Part shown: one piece after another, positions 42,365-51,482 of the stretch
How the letters are laid out: every line of letters starts with the position of its first letter
Numbering within the stretch: position 1 is the stretch's first letter
Source: an uncultured Oceanospirillaceae bacterium
GTDB lineage: Bacteria; Pseudomonadota; Gammaproteobacteria; Pseudomonadales; Balneatricaceae
Length of the DNA: 64,000 bases
Assembly: GCA_913057435.1 (NCBI GenBank)
Contig: CAJXNY010000026.1
Coordinates: forward strand, 582-64,581
Reading direction: 5' to 3'
The notes under the pieces: model-generated
The model's database searches: none
Told to the model about the DNA's origin: nothing
The model's input: only the letters and a program-made list of their open reading frames with translations
Made by a program: the position numbers and the translations under genes

Positions 42365-45262
42365 ATGACTGATTATAAAGCGACACTGAATCTGCCGAAA
42401 ACGGCGTTCCCGATGCGCGGCAACCTGGCCCAGCGCGAGCCCGAAATGCTGAAACGTTGGCAGAAAATGGGCCTGTATCAGAAAATTCGTGAGATCAGTG
42501 CAGGCCGGGACCAGTTCATTCTGCATGACGGCCCTCCGTACGCGAACGGCGATATTCATATCGGCCATTCCGTTAACAAGATTCTGAAAGACATGATCAT
42601 CAAGTCCCGTACCCTGGCGGGCTTTGATGCACCTTACGTGCCGGGCTGGGACTGTCATGGTCTGCCGATTGAGCACAAGGTTGAAACCAAATTTGGTAAA
42701 GCCGGTGCCAAGCTGACATTCAAAGATTTCCGGCAGAAGTGCCGCACCTATGCGCGCAAGCAGGTCGATGGTCAGATGAAAGACTTCATCCGCCTGGGCG
42801 TGCAGGGTGACTGGGAAAATCCATACCTGACCATGGACTTCGATACTGAAGCCAACATCATCCGTGCGCTGGGCAAGATCGTTGAAAACGGTCACCTGGT
42901 TAAAGGTTACAAGCCGGTGTACTGGAGTGTGGTCGGTGGTTCTGCGCTGGCCGAAGCCGAAGTGGAATACCAGGACAAAACCTCGACGGCAATCGATGTG
43001 CGTTACGCACCGATTGATGCTGACGCTTTCCTAGGCCGCTTTGCGCTGGAAAACGGCGGCGGTGAAGGCAATATTTCTGTGGTTATCTGGACCACTACCC
43101 CATGGACCCTGCCATCAAGCCAGGCAGTGTCCATGAATGCCGAGCTGGACTACGCGCTGGTACAGGTGGATCTGGGTAAAGGCGCTGAGCGTATCGTGCT
43201 GGCTGAAGGCCTGATCGAAGACTCCCTCAAGCGCTACGGTATTGAAGAATACACCGTCGTGGGTCGTGCCCAAGGCCAGGCGCTGGAAAACAGCGCGCTG
43301 CAGCATCCGTTCATTGACGCGCGTCAGTGCCCGATCATCCTCGGTGACCACGTTACGCTGGATGCCGGTACCGGTCAGGTTCACACCGCACCCGATCACG
43401 GCGTAGAAGATTTCGATGCCGGCCGTCGTTACGGTATCGGTACCCTGAACCTGGTCAGCGACAACGGTGTCTTCGTTGAAGCGGCCGGTGTCTTTGCCGG
43501 TCAGCACGTCTACAAAGTAGATGGCGCTGTGGTCGAGCTGCTGGAGGAGAAGGGCGCGCTGGTACTGGCGCATAAATTCCAGCACAGCTACCCGCATTGC
43601 TGGCGTACCAAAACACCGCTGATCTACCGTGCCACGCCGCAGTGGTTTATCAGTATGGAAGAGAAAAATCTGCGTAGCGATGCGCTGACTGCGATCAAAA
43701 ATGATGTGCAGTGGTTCCCGGCCTGGGGCCAGAACCGTATCGAAGCAATGGTTGAGCAGAGCCCGGACTGGTGTGTTTCCCGTCAGCGTACCTGGGGTGT
43801 GCCAATCACCCTGTTTATCAACAAAGAAACGCAGCAGCTGCACCCGAAAACAGCTGAGCTGATCGAGCAGGTTGCCCTGCGTGTTGAGAAAGAAGGCATT
43901 GAGGCCTGGTTCGAGCTGGACGCCGTCGAGTTGCTGGGCGATGAAGCTGAGCAGTACTCCAAAGTGACTGATACCCTGGATGTGTGGTTTGACTCCGGTG
44001 TGACCCACGCCTCGGTACTGGATCAGCGCGAAGGTCTGCGTTCTCCGGCTGACCTGTATCTGGAAGGCTCGGATCAGCACCGTGGCTGGTTCCAGTCTTC
44101 ACTGAAAACCAGTATCGCCATCAAAGGCCATGCGCCGTACAAACAGGTACTGACCCACGGTTTCACCGTCGATGGTCAGGGTCGCAAAATGTCCAAATCT
44201 GTTGGCAACGTGGTATCGCCGCAGGAAGTGATGAACAAATACGGCGCTGATATTCTGCGTCTGTGGGTCGCGTCTACCGATTACCGCAGCGAGATGACCT
44301 GCTCCGATGACATCCTCAATCGGGCTGCTGATGCCTACCGTCGTATCCGTAACACCGCCCGTTTCCTGCTGGCCAACCTGAACGGGTTTGAGCCGACAGA
44401 ACATATGGTGCCGTTCGATGAGATGGTGGCGCTGGATAAGTGGGCTGTTGACCGTGCTGCACAGTTGCAGCAGGAACTGATTGGCCACTTTGAACAGTAT
44501 GAATTCCTGCAGATCTTCCAGAAAATCTCCCACTTCTGTTCGCAGGACCTGGGCGGTTTCTACCTGGATATCATCAAGGATCGCCAGTACACCGCTGCGT
44601 CTGAAGGCCATGCTCGTCGTTCGGTACAGAGCGCGCTGTACCATATCATTGAAGCACTGACCCGCTGGGTTGCACCGATCCTCAGCTTCACCGCTGATGA
44701 GATCTGGGCAGTACTGCCAGGCAAGCGTAGCGAGTCTGTTCATCTGGAAACCTGGTATGAAGGCCTGAACGAGCTGAGCGAAGGCGAAGCGATGGGGCGT
44801 GAGTTCTGGAACACAGTTAAGAAAGCAAAAGAAGCTGTTAACGTTGGACTTGAACTGAAGCGTAAAGACGGAATTATTGGCTCTAGCTTGGAAGCTGAGG
44901 TTTCTATTTATTGCAAAACACAGGCGCAAATTGACACTCTGCGAAGCCTTGGAGATGAGTTACGCTTTATTACTCTTACTTCAATGGCTGACGTTGATCA
45001 TATTGATAATGCACCTAAAGGACTTGATTGTGCCGTCATGGCATGGGAGCTGAGTCCTGATGATGTTGACCCGGATACAGGGGAATTGAAAGACATCCAA
45101 GAGCCGGGATTCTCCGTATTGGTGAAAGCGACAGAGAAAGCCAAGTGTGGTCGTTGCTGGCATCACCGTGAAGACGTAGGCAGCAACAGCGAGCACGAAG
45201 AACTGTGTGGCCGTTGTGTCGACAACGTGACCGGTGCTGGCGAGACGCGTCAGTTCGCCTGA
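42365..45262 (+). CDS. ileS: Isoleucine--tRNA ligase
   Basis: 965 aa with HIGH ([11 protein letters not shown]), KMSKS ([10 protein letters not shown]) and C-terminal zinc knuckles CGRCWHH...CGRC. Confidence 0.97.
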   Translation: MTDYKATLNLPKTAFPMRGNLAQREPEMLKRWQKMGLYQKIREISAGRDQFILHDGPPYANGDIHIGHSVNKILKDMIIKSRTLAGFDAPYVPGWDCHGLPIEHKVETKFGKAGAKLTFKDFRQKCRTYARKQVDGQMKDFIRLGVQGDWENPYLTMDFDTEANIIRALGKIVENGHLVKGYKPVYWSVVGGSALAEAEVEYQDKTSTAIDVRYAPIDADAFLGRFALENGGGEGNISVVIWTTTPWTLPSSQAVSMNAELDYALVQVDLGKGAERIVLAEGLIEDSLKRYGIEEYTVVGRAQGQALENSALQHPFIDARQCPIILGDHVTLDAGTGQVHTAPDHGVEDFDAGRRYGIGTLNLVSDNGVFVEAAGVFAGQHVYKVDGAVVELLEEKGALVLAHKFQHSYPHCWRTKTPLIYRATPQWFISMEEKNLRSDALTAIKNDVQWFPAWGQNRIEAMVEQSPDWCVSRQRTWGVPITLFINKETQQLHPKTAELIEQVALRVEKEGIEAWFELDAVELLGDEAEQYSKVTDTLDVWFDSGVTHASVLDQREGLRSPADLYLEGSDQHRGWFQSSLKTSIAIKGHAPYKQVLTHGFTVDGQGRKMSKSVGNVVSPQEVMNKYGADILRLWVASTDYRSEMTCSDDILNRAADAYRRIRNTARFLLANLNGFEPTEHMVPFDEMVALDKWAVDRAAQLQQELIGHFEQYEFLQIFQKISHFCSQDLGGFYLDIIKDRQYTAASEGHARRSVQSALYHIIEALTRWVAPILSFTADEIWAVLPGKRSESVHLETWYEGLNELSEGEAMGREFWNTVKKAKEAVNVGLELKRKDGIIGSSLEAEVSIYCKTQAQIDTLRSLGDELRFITLTSMADVDHIDNAPKGLDCAVMAWELSPDDVDPDTGELKDIQEPGFSVLVKATEKAKCGRCWHHREDVGSNSEHEELCGRCVDNVTGAGETRQFA

Positions 45263-45807
45263 TGACGAAGCTAACTCCAACCTCAGGGCAGGCGAACAGC
45301 CTGCCCTGGCTCTGGCTCAGCCTGCTGGTAGTGATCATCGACCTGGGTGCCAAGTACGTTGCCGATAACGCGCTGGACTATGGCGTGCCGGTGCCGGTAC
45401 TGCCGATCTTTGATCTGACTCTGTTGTATAACACGGGTGCGGCGTTCAGCTTTTTGTCCGATGCCGGTGGCTGGCAGCGCTGGGCCTTTGCTGTGATTGC
45501 GACAGCGGTCAGCATTATGCTGGTGGTCTGGCTGAAGCGCACCCCGCGTACGCAGTGGTGGCTGGGCATGGGCCTGGCACTGGTGCTGGGCGGGGCGCTG
45601 GGTAATCTCTACGACCGTGTTGTTCACGGCTATGTGGTGGATTTCCTGTCGTTTCATTACAGCGGCTATTACTTTGCGGCCTTCAACCTGGCGGATGCGG
45701 CGATTACTGCCGGTGCCGGGTTGCTGATTATTGATATGCTGTTTCTGGCTCAGGATGAGTCCAAAACAAGCAGCAAGACTGCAGATAAGGACTCGGATAC
45801 GCCATGA
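45262..45807 (+). CDS. lspA: Lipoprotein signal peptidase (signal peptidase II)
   Basis: [32 protein letters not shown]...NTGAAFSFL...FNLADAAI. ATG at 45262 overlaps the ileS TGA. Confidence 0.9.
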   Translation: MTKLTPTSGQANSLPWLWLSLLVVIIDLGAKYVADNALDYGVPVPVLPIFDLTLLYNTGAAFSFLSDAGGWQRWAFAVIATAVSIMLVVWLKRTPRTQWWLGMGLALVLGGALGNLYDRVVHGYVVDFLSFHYSGYYFAAFNLADAAITAGAGLLIIDMLFLAQDESKTSSKTADKDSDTP

Positions 45808-46241
45808 GTACGACTATGATCGGCCCCGGCAGCACTGTGACGCTGCACTTTTCGATTAAACTGGAAGACGGCCAGCTGGTGGACTCCAACTTCGACGGCA
45901 AGCCTGCCACCTTCACCGTCGGTGATGGCAATTTGCTGGAAGGCTTTGAAAAAGCCCTGTTTGGTTTGTTTGAAGGCAGCGAGCAGAGCCTGCGTATCCT
46001 GCCGGAACATGGCTTTGGCCAGCACAACCCGAGCAACATTCAGGTGGTGCCACGCAAGTCGTTTGACGATATGGCGCTGGAAGAAGGCCTGATGATCTCC
46101 TTCGCCGACGCCCAGGGCGGCGAGCTGCCCGGCGTCATAGCCAGCTTTGACAACGATAAAGTGCGGGTGGATTTCAACCATCCACTGGCCGGTAAATCGC
46201 TGCAGTTTGATGTCAAAATCCTCAGCGTCAGCAACAGCTGA
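45804..46241 (+). CDS. fkpB: FKBP-type peptidyl-prolyl cis-trans isomerase (FkpB/SlpA-like)
   Basis: 145 aa: ...VTLHFSIKLEDGQLVDSNFDGKPATFTVGDGNLLEGFEKAL...HPLAGKSLQFDVKIL. The ileS-lspA-fkpB order is conserved. Confidence 0.85.
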   Translation: MSTTMIGPGSTVTLHFSIKLEDGQLVDSNFDGKPATFTVGDGNLLEGFEKALFGLFEGSEQSLRILPEHGFGQHNPSNIQVVPRKSFDDMALEEGLMISFADAQGGELPGVIASFDNDKVRVDFNHPLAGKSLQFDVKILSVSNS

Positions 46242-46261
46242 GCTGTTATTTAGTTAATACC

Positions 46262-46300
46262 GGACGCGATATCCTGTCGCGTCCTCCTCCTTCTCTTTTT
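46262..46300 (+). terminator. Hairpin plus T-rich tail after fkpB
   Basis: GGACGCGA-tatcctg-TCGCGTCC followed by TCCTCCTTCTCTTTTT. Confidence 0.5.
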
Positions 46301-46405
46301 ATCCATTCAAAACCCTGTGGACCGTCATGCTTTGTCTGTCTGGCGCTGGTGTGTGCGCGGCGGGCATCGCACAATAGCGCACGGATAACGGAGGACTGAA
46401 TAATA

Positions 46406-47506
46406 ATGGCTGACTTTATTGTGATTGGCGGTGGGGTGATCGGTATGATGACCGCCCGTGAACTGGCGCAGTCCGGTGCCCGGGTAACGCTGGTGGAGCG
46501 CCGTCAGTGTGCTCAGGAATCAAGCTGGGCTGGTGGCGGGATTGTGTCACCGCTGTACCCCTGGCGTTATAAAGCGCCGGTGACGCAGCTGGCGACCTGG
46601 TCACAGAGCAGTTATATCCACCTGGCGGATGAGCTGATTGACGAGACTGGCTACGACCCGGAGCTGCGTCAGAAAGGCATGTTTATGCTGTCGGTGGACG
46701 ATGAAGCTGACGCGCTGGCCTGGGCGGCGAAGCATCACCGGCCTTTGCGTAAAGTGGATGGTGAGTTCGTTTACCGTAAAGAGCCGAACCTGGCCGAAGG
46801 CGTCAGCAGTGCGATCTGGATGCCGGAAGTTGCCAGTATCCGTAACCCGCGGCTGGGCCGGGCGTTACGTGAATCGATGGTGGTGAATCCGAATATCACT
46901 CTGGTTGAACAGGCTGATGTTACCGGGCTGATCTGCCACGGTGAGCGCATTGAAGGGGTGAAAACCGCCAGCGCTGAGTATCGCGCAGATGCCACGGTGA
47001 TTGCTGGTGGTGCCTGGAGTGCGCAGCTGTTAGCGCCACTGGGTATAGAATTGCCGGTGGAACCGGTGCATGGCCAGATGATGCTGTTCAAAGCAAAACC
47101 GGGCCTGATTGATCGGGTGGTGCTGGCCAATGGCCGTTACCTGATCCCGCGCAGTGATGGTCGTATTCTGGTCGGCAGCACGCTGGAGCGGGTTGGTTTT
47201 ACCAAACAGACCACCGAAGAAGCACGGGCCTCGTTGCATGCGACAGCGCTGTTGATTATGCCTGCCCTTAAAGATTATCCGGTGGAGCATCACTGGTCTG
47301 GCTTACGGCCTGGCTCACCGGAAGGGGTGCCGTATATCGGTGCTGCGCCGGGCTATGATGGGCTCTGGGTCAATGCGGGTCAGTTCCGTAATGGCCTGGT
47401 ACTGGCACCGGCCTCGACCCGTTTACTGGCGGATCTGGTCTTGAATCGCGAGCCTGTTATTAAGCCTGAGGCCTACCAGCTGACGGGCCGGGTCGGCTGT
47501 TGCTGA
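46406..47506 (+). CDS. FAD-dependent oxidoreductase, glycine oxidase ThiO-like
   Basis: 366 aa with the N-terminal dinucleotide fold DFIVIGGGVIGMMTARELAQSGARVTLVER and DAO-family length and layout. The ThiO assignment is tentative. Confidence 0.6.
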   Translation: MADFIVIGGGVIGMMTARELAQSGARVTLVERRQCAQESSWAGGGIVSPLYPWRYKAPVTQLATWSQSSYIHLADELIDETGYDPELRQKGMFMLSVDDEADALAWAAKHHRPLRKVDGEFVYRKEPNLAEGVSSAIWMPEVASIRNPRLGRALRESMVVNPNITLVEQADVTGLICHGERIEGVKTASAEYRADATVIAGGAWSAQLLAPLGIELPVEPVHGQMMLFKAKPGLIDRVVLANGRYLIPRSDGRILVGSTLERVGFTKQTTEEARASLHATALLIMPALKDYPVEHHWSGLRPGSPEGVPYIGAAPGYDGLWVNAGQFRNGLVLAPASTRLLADLVLNREPVIKPEAYQLTGRVGCC

Positions 47507-47530
47507 ATTACAGCGCTGAATAACAGACAT

Positions 47531-47562
47531 AAAAAAGCCCTGATCAAGTCAGGGCTTTTTTT
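47531..47562. terminator. Bidirectional intrinsic terminator between the thiO-like gene and cytochrome c5
   Basis: AAAAAAGCCCTGATCAAGTCAGGGCTTTTTTT. Confidence 0.8.
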
Positions 47563-47574
47563 GTGGCAGTAAAC

Positions 47575-47880
47575 TTACTTGGAGTTATCCAGCATGTGCT
47601 GGACAGCAGCTTTCAGTTCGCCTGCGGAGCAATCCATGCACAGGCCTTTAGGTGGCATCGCGCCTTTACCTTTGGTTGCGCTCGCTACCAGAGCGTCCAC
47701 ACCGATCGCTGCGCGTGGTGCCCATGCTGCAGCGTCACCCAGTTTTGGTGCGCCCGCTGCGCCAGTCGCGTGGCAGACAGTACATTTAGTGTTGTAGACA
47801 TCAGCGCCGGAACGTTCTGCCATAGCTGCAGCAGGTGTCAGCAGAATCGTAGCCAGTGTAGCGATCAAAACTTTTTTCAT
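47575..47880 (-). CDS. Cytochrome c5-family c-type cytochrome (periplasmic)
   Basis: 101 aa with the signal peptide MKKVLIATLATILLTPAAAMA, haem site CTVCH, distal MPPKG, and an extra Cys pair CMDC. Confidence 0.85.
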   Translation of the reverse strand: MKKVLIATLATILLTPAAAMAERSGADVYNTKCTVCHATGAAGAPKLGDAAAWAPRAAIGVDALVASATKGKGAMPPKGLCMDCSAGELKAAVQHMLDNSK

Positions 47881-48083
47881 AATTATGTCCTTCAGTGCTC
47901 ACAAGGAATGAAGCCTTTATCTTTCCCACCCATCTCACCAGGTGGGGCCGCGCAATTTATGCATAAGGTTATCATGATGTAAATACACTACCTATGATGA
48001 ACCGTTACTGAAACTGCCTTGAATCAAGCTTTGGCGGCTAAAGTCGTAGAGTCGTTGTAAGCAGTAGAAGCAGGTAGGCGAGC

Positions 48084-48290
48084 TTAGCGCGTGCCCAGGT
48101 ACATCGCGAAGCTCGCCTGATGGCTCAGGGTGCGCTGTGATTGGGCCTGTTTTTCACGCTGTGCCTGGTAGTCCAGGATTGCCTGCTCGACCAGAGCGCG
48201 GGGGCCGAGTGCCATGTTACGTACGTCGTCGATAGAGTAGCCGCTGCGCAGCAACTGTTTCAGCTGGCCGGTGATTCGATGTTTATCCAT
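48084..48290 (-). CDS. Small hypothetical protein (68 aa)
   Basis: A good SD (AAGAGGAAAAAATA before ATG on the minus strand). No family recognised. Confidence 0.45.
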   Translation of the reverse strand: MDKHRITGQLKQLLRSGYSIDDVRNMALGPRALVEQAILDYQAQREKQAQSQRTLSHQASFAMYLGTR

Positions 48291-48418
48291 TATTTTTTCC
48301 TCTTTGGTTTCGCGTCCATTTTTACCCAGAGATGTTGCAGATAGATGAAGCTGCTGACAGTTATTGTCAATTCCCTATGGCATCATGCGCCAATAAGCAT
48401 AGTTCACCAGGGCAAAAC

Positions 48419-48988
48419 ATGAAGAACAACTCGATTCGCTGTGGCTGGGCCACGGATAAAGATGAACGCTACACCCGTTATCACGATGAGGAGTGGGGCG
48501 TGCCGGAACACGATGATCAGCGTCTGTTCGAGATGCTGATTCTGGAAGGTGCCCAGGCCGGACTGAGCTGGCAGACCATCCTGAACAAGCGGGACGGTTA
48601 TCGCGTTGCCTTTAAAAACTTTGATCCGCAGAGTGTTGCGGTGATGACGGATGATGAACTGGAAGCACAGTTGCTCAACAGTGGCATTGTGCGCAACCGG
48701 CTGAAAGTCTTCTCTACCCGCAAAAACGCCCTTGTTTTTCTGGCGATCCAGCAGGCGTTTGGCAGTTTTGATGCGTATCTGTGGGGCTTTGTCGATAACA
48801 AGCCCATCGTTAATCGGCCTGCCAGTATGGCTGAAGTGCCGGTCTCGACCGAGCTGAGTGATCGCATCGCCAAAGATCTGAAAAAGCGCGGTATGACTTT
48901 TGTCGGCACCACCATTATCTATGCCTATCTGCAGGCCACGGGTGTGGTCAATGACCACAGTCAGGATTGTTGTTGCTGTCAGCCCTGA
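48419..48988 (+). CDS. tag: DNA-3-methyladenine glycosylase I
   Basis: MKNNSIRCGWATDKDERYTRYHDEEWGVPEHDDQRLFEMLILEGAQAGLSWQTIL... Confidence 0.9.
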   Translation: MKNNSIRCGWATDKDERYTRYHDEEWGVPEHDDQRLFEMLILEGAQAGLSWQTILNKRDGYRVAFKNFDPQSVAVMTDDELEAQLLNSGIVRNRLKVFSTRKNALVFLAIQQAFGSFDAYLWGFVDNKPIVNRPASMAEVPVSTELSDRIAKDLKKRGMTFVGTTIIYAYLQATGVVNDHSQDCCCCQP

Positions 48989-49090
48989 CGGCGGTGTTGT
49001 CTGACCCGGGTTCGTCCCGACGGAGCCTGTTACTGCTATGTTGCTTATATACGCTATCAGTGACTGGACCACTGTGTCCGGGGGGTATCT

Positions 49091-49969
49091 ATGCAACGCC
49101 AGATTACCGTACTTGTCCGTTCCTTTATCAACGCCGAAAGGGCCCAGAAACCTGGGCTGCTCGCCGCTTACAACGAGCAGCGCGGCCGCCAGTTGCGCGC
49201 GTTTCTGCAGGACAATCGAGCAGTCTCGCAGCTGCGGGTGATTGTGCATGCCGACCAGTCTCAGGACAGTGCCGAGGTGCATGATGAGCGAGGGGTTTAC
49301 CCCACCCGTGCCATGGTGGCGCAACAGCTGGGCGATGAGTACGCCGGTACCGACATCGCTGTGCAGCTGGTCCATGACGGCTGGGGGCCAAATATCGGCA
49401 GTGGTCAGGCACTGAACCAGGGGCTGGCCCAGGTGCACACCGAGTATGTGATGTGCTGGTCGCCGGAGATGGCCATTACCGGTGAACAGCTCAACCGGGC
49501 GCAGCAGTTGCTGCATCAGTCGGAGCTGGCGGTGCTGGGTTTTCTGCGCACTGGCTGGCAGGCCTCATTGCCCTGGCGGATACCGCAAAACACCGCAGCG
49601 ATCTGGCGTACTGAAACCCTGAAATCACTGGCGGGGTTTGCTCCGGTCTGTGATGGTGAAGATGGTGAGCTATTACATCTGCCGGGCGAAAAGCACGGCA
49701 TCCTGACCGCCGGGATGGAAGATTTTCATGCGTTGCTGCGCCTGTACCAGCAACCCCATGCGCACCGCTGGGGTATGGTGGGGGTGGATCAGCCCATCCC
49801 CTGGCCGCTGGACCTGGACGATAAACGGGTTACCGACAAGGTGCTGCGCCAGCAGCTGGTGATGGAGGCCTGGAACTGCCAGTTGAACCCTGGCCAGAGT
49901 CTGGCGCAAACCATGGAGCAGCTGGCAGGCCATGCCGAATTTCTGGAGTTTGTGCCAGGGGCGGCCTGA
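49091..49969 (+). CDS. Hypothetical protein with GT-A (family-2-like) glycosyltransferase-like motif order
   Basis: 292 aa. ITVLVRSFINAE, VIVHADQSQDS and NIGSGQALNQGL occur in the order expected for GT2 enzymes. The DxD position reads CWSPEM. Assignment is by eye only. Confidence 0.45.
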   Translation: MQRQITVLVRSFINAERAQKPGLLAAYNEQRGRQLRAFLQDNRAVSQLRVIVHADQSQDSAEVHDERGVYPTRAMVAQQLGDEYAGTDIAVQLVHDGWGPNIGSGQALNQGLAQVHTEYVMCWSPEMAITGEQLNRAQQLLHQSELAVLGFLRTGWQASLPWRIPQNTAAIWRTETLKSLAGFAPVCDGEDGELLHLPGEKHGILTAGMEDFHALLRLYQQPHAHRWGMVGVDQPIPWPLDLDDKRVTDKVLRQQLVMEAWNCQLNPGQSLAQTMEQLAGHAEFLEFVPGAA

Positions 49970-50091
49970 GGGCTGTACCGGTCTGTTTAGCTGAAATGAC
50001 GACTGCGATCGACGGTGGTAGCGGCGTATAATCGGCGCGTTGAAGCTCTGGTCTTCAATGCGCCGCCGTTATCGCTATTAAGGACCTTCGC

Positions 50092-51423
50092 TTGCAGACA
50101 CCCTCTTCTATTTCGACGCCTCCCCGTTCAGGCCTGCTGATGCAGCGGCTGGCGGCGGGGCTGATTCTGATCGCCATTATAACCAGTGCTCTGCGTGGGT
50201 TGGGAGTGGAGCTGGCGGGTAGCCTGGTCGGCCTCTGCTACTGGCTGGCAATCGTGCTGCTCTGGCAACGTACGGCGGCGAAAACCCGCTTGCTCAGCTC
50301 CATCATGCTGGTGGCCGGTGGGGCAAGCCTGGGCTGGGGGCTGTTGCGTGATGCCCAGGTGGACTGGGCTAATCTGGCGGGTGCTAATACCGCGATTATT
50401 TCCATGGTGGTTTCCGTCAGCTTTCTCTCGCTGGTACGGCTGGGCAAAGCGGGCCAGCAGACCTCACTCCTGGCCGGGCGCAAAGGGTTACTCTCTACCT
50501 TGCTGGGCATCCATCTGTTTGCCTCGGTGATTAACCTGTCGGCGATGTTTATCTTTGCTGATCGCATCAGCAAAGATGGACGGCTCAGTCGGTTACAGAC
50601 GCTGACCGTTAACCGGGCGCTGACGCTGGGGGCATTCTGGTCACCGTTTTACGCCTCCATGGCGGTCGCGCTGGCCTATGTACCGGATGCACCTTTATTG
50701 CAGCTGTTAATGGTAGGCGTGCCACTGGCACTGACAGGCTTGCTGTTTACCCTCTGGGAGCTGGGCCGTGATCCGGATTGCCAGCACTTTCAGGGTTACC
50801 CGCTGCAGCTGGCCAGTCTCTGGTTTCCGGCGCTGATGGCCAGCCTGGTACTGGTGCTGCATCAACGGCAGCCGGACGTGCCGGTGCTGGTACTGATTAC
50901 GGTATTGGCACCCATACTCAGCCTGACGATCTATCTGGGGTTTCAGCGGCGTAGCGAAAAAGGCGCGCGCAAAGTCCGTGACCACGTTCAGCAGCGTCTG
51001 CCACAGATGTGTAATGAAATCACTTTGTTCCTGTCAGCCGGATTAATGACCCAGGGGCTGGCGGTGCTGGTCAGTACGCTGGCGGGCTGGCAGCTGTTTG
51101 ATGATTTTGGTGTGGTGCCTGCCATCGTCAGCCTGCTGGCGATTATGGCGGCAGCGATTGCCGGGCTGCATCCCATTATTGGTATTTCGGTGCTGGCCAG
51201 TCTGGTTACGCCGCAAGAGGGGCAGCAGTTGCTGTTTGCACTGGTATTACTGGCCTGCTGGTCAGTCGGTACTTCGGTTGGGCCGCTGTCGGGGATTAAT
51301 CTGGCGCTGCACGGTCGTTATCAGGCGGATATTTATCAGGTGATGCGCTGGAATCTGCCCTATGCGCTGGTGATGACCACGGCGGTGGTAGGGGTGCTGG
51401 TGCTGGTGGGGTTTACTGGGTAG
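50092..51423 (+). CDS. Polytopic inner-membrane protein (about 12 TM; transporter-like), unknown family
   Basis: 443 aa, hydrophobic throughout. TTG start after AAGGA; an alternative is ATG at 50140. Confidence 0.6.
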   Translation: MQTPSSISTPPRSGLLMQRLAAGLILIAIITSALRGLGVELAGSLVGLCYWLAIVLLWQRTAAKTRLLSSIMLVAGGASLGWGLLRDAQVDWANLAGANTAIISMVVSVSFLSLVRLGKAGQQTSLLAGRKGLLSTLLGIHLFASVINLSAMFIFADRISKDGRLSRLQTLTVNRALTLGAFWSPFYASMAVALAYVPDAPLLQLLMVGVPLALTGLLFTLWELGRDPDCQHFQGYPLQLASLWFPALMASLVLVLHQRQPDVPVLVLITVLAPILSLTIYLGFQRRSEKGARKVRDHVQQRLPQMCNEITLFLSAGLMTQGLAVLVSTLAGWQLFDDFGVVPAIVSLLAIMAAAIAGLHPIIGISVLASLVTPQEGQQLLFALVLLACWSVGTSVGPLSGINLALHGRYQADIYQVMRWNLPYALVMTTAVVGVLVLVGFTG

Positions 51424-51482
51424 ACCGTCCCGGCGGGAGGCCGGGACAGTGACGGGTTATTTACCGTATCAGCTGGCTGTGC

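Noticed and set aside
48404-49516. 370-aa minus-strand ORF spanning tag, the intergenic gap and the GT-like gene.
   Set aside because: It is antisense to tag, whose identity is certain, and it crosses an intergenic region. Its composition is typical of a shadow ORF.
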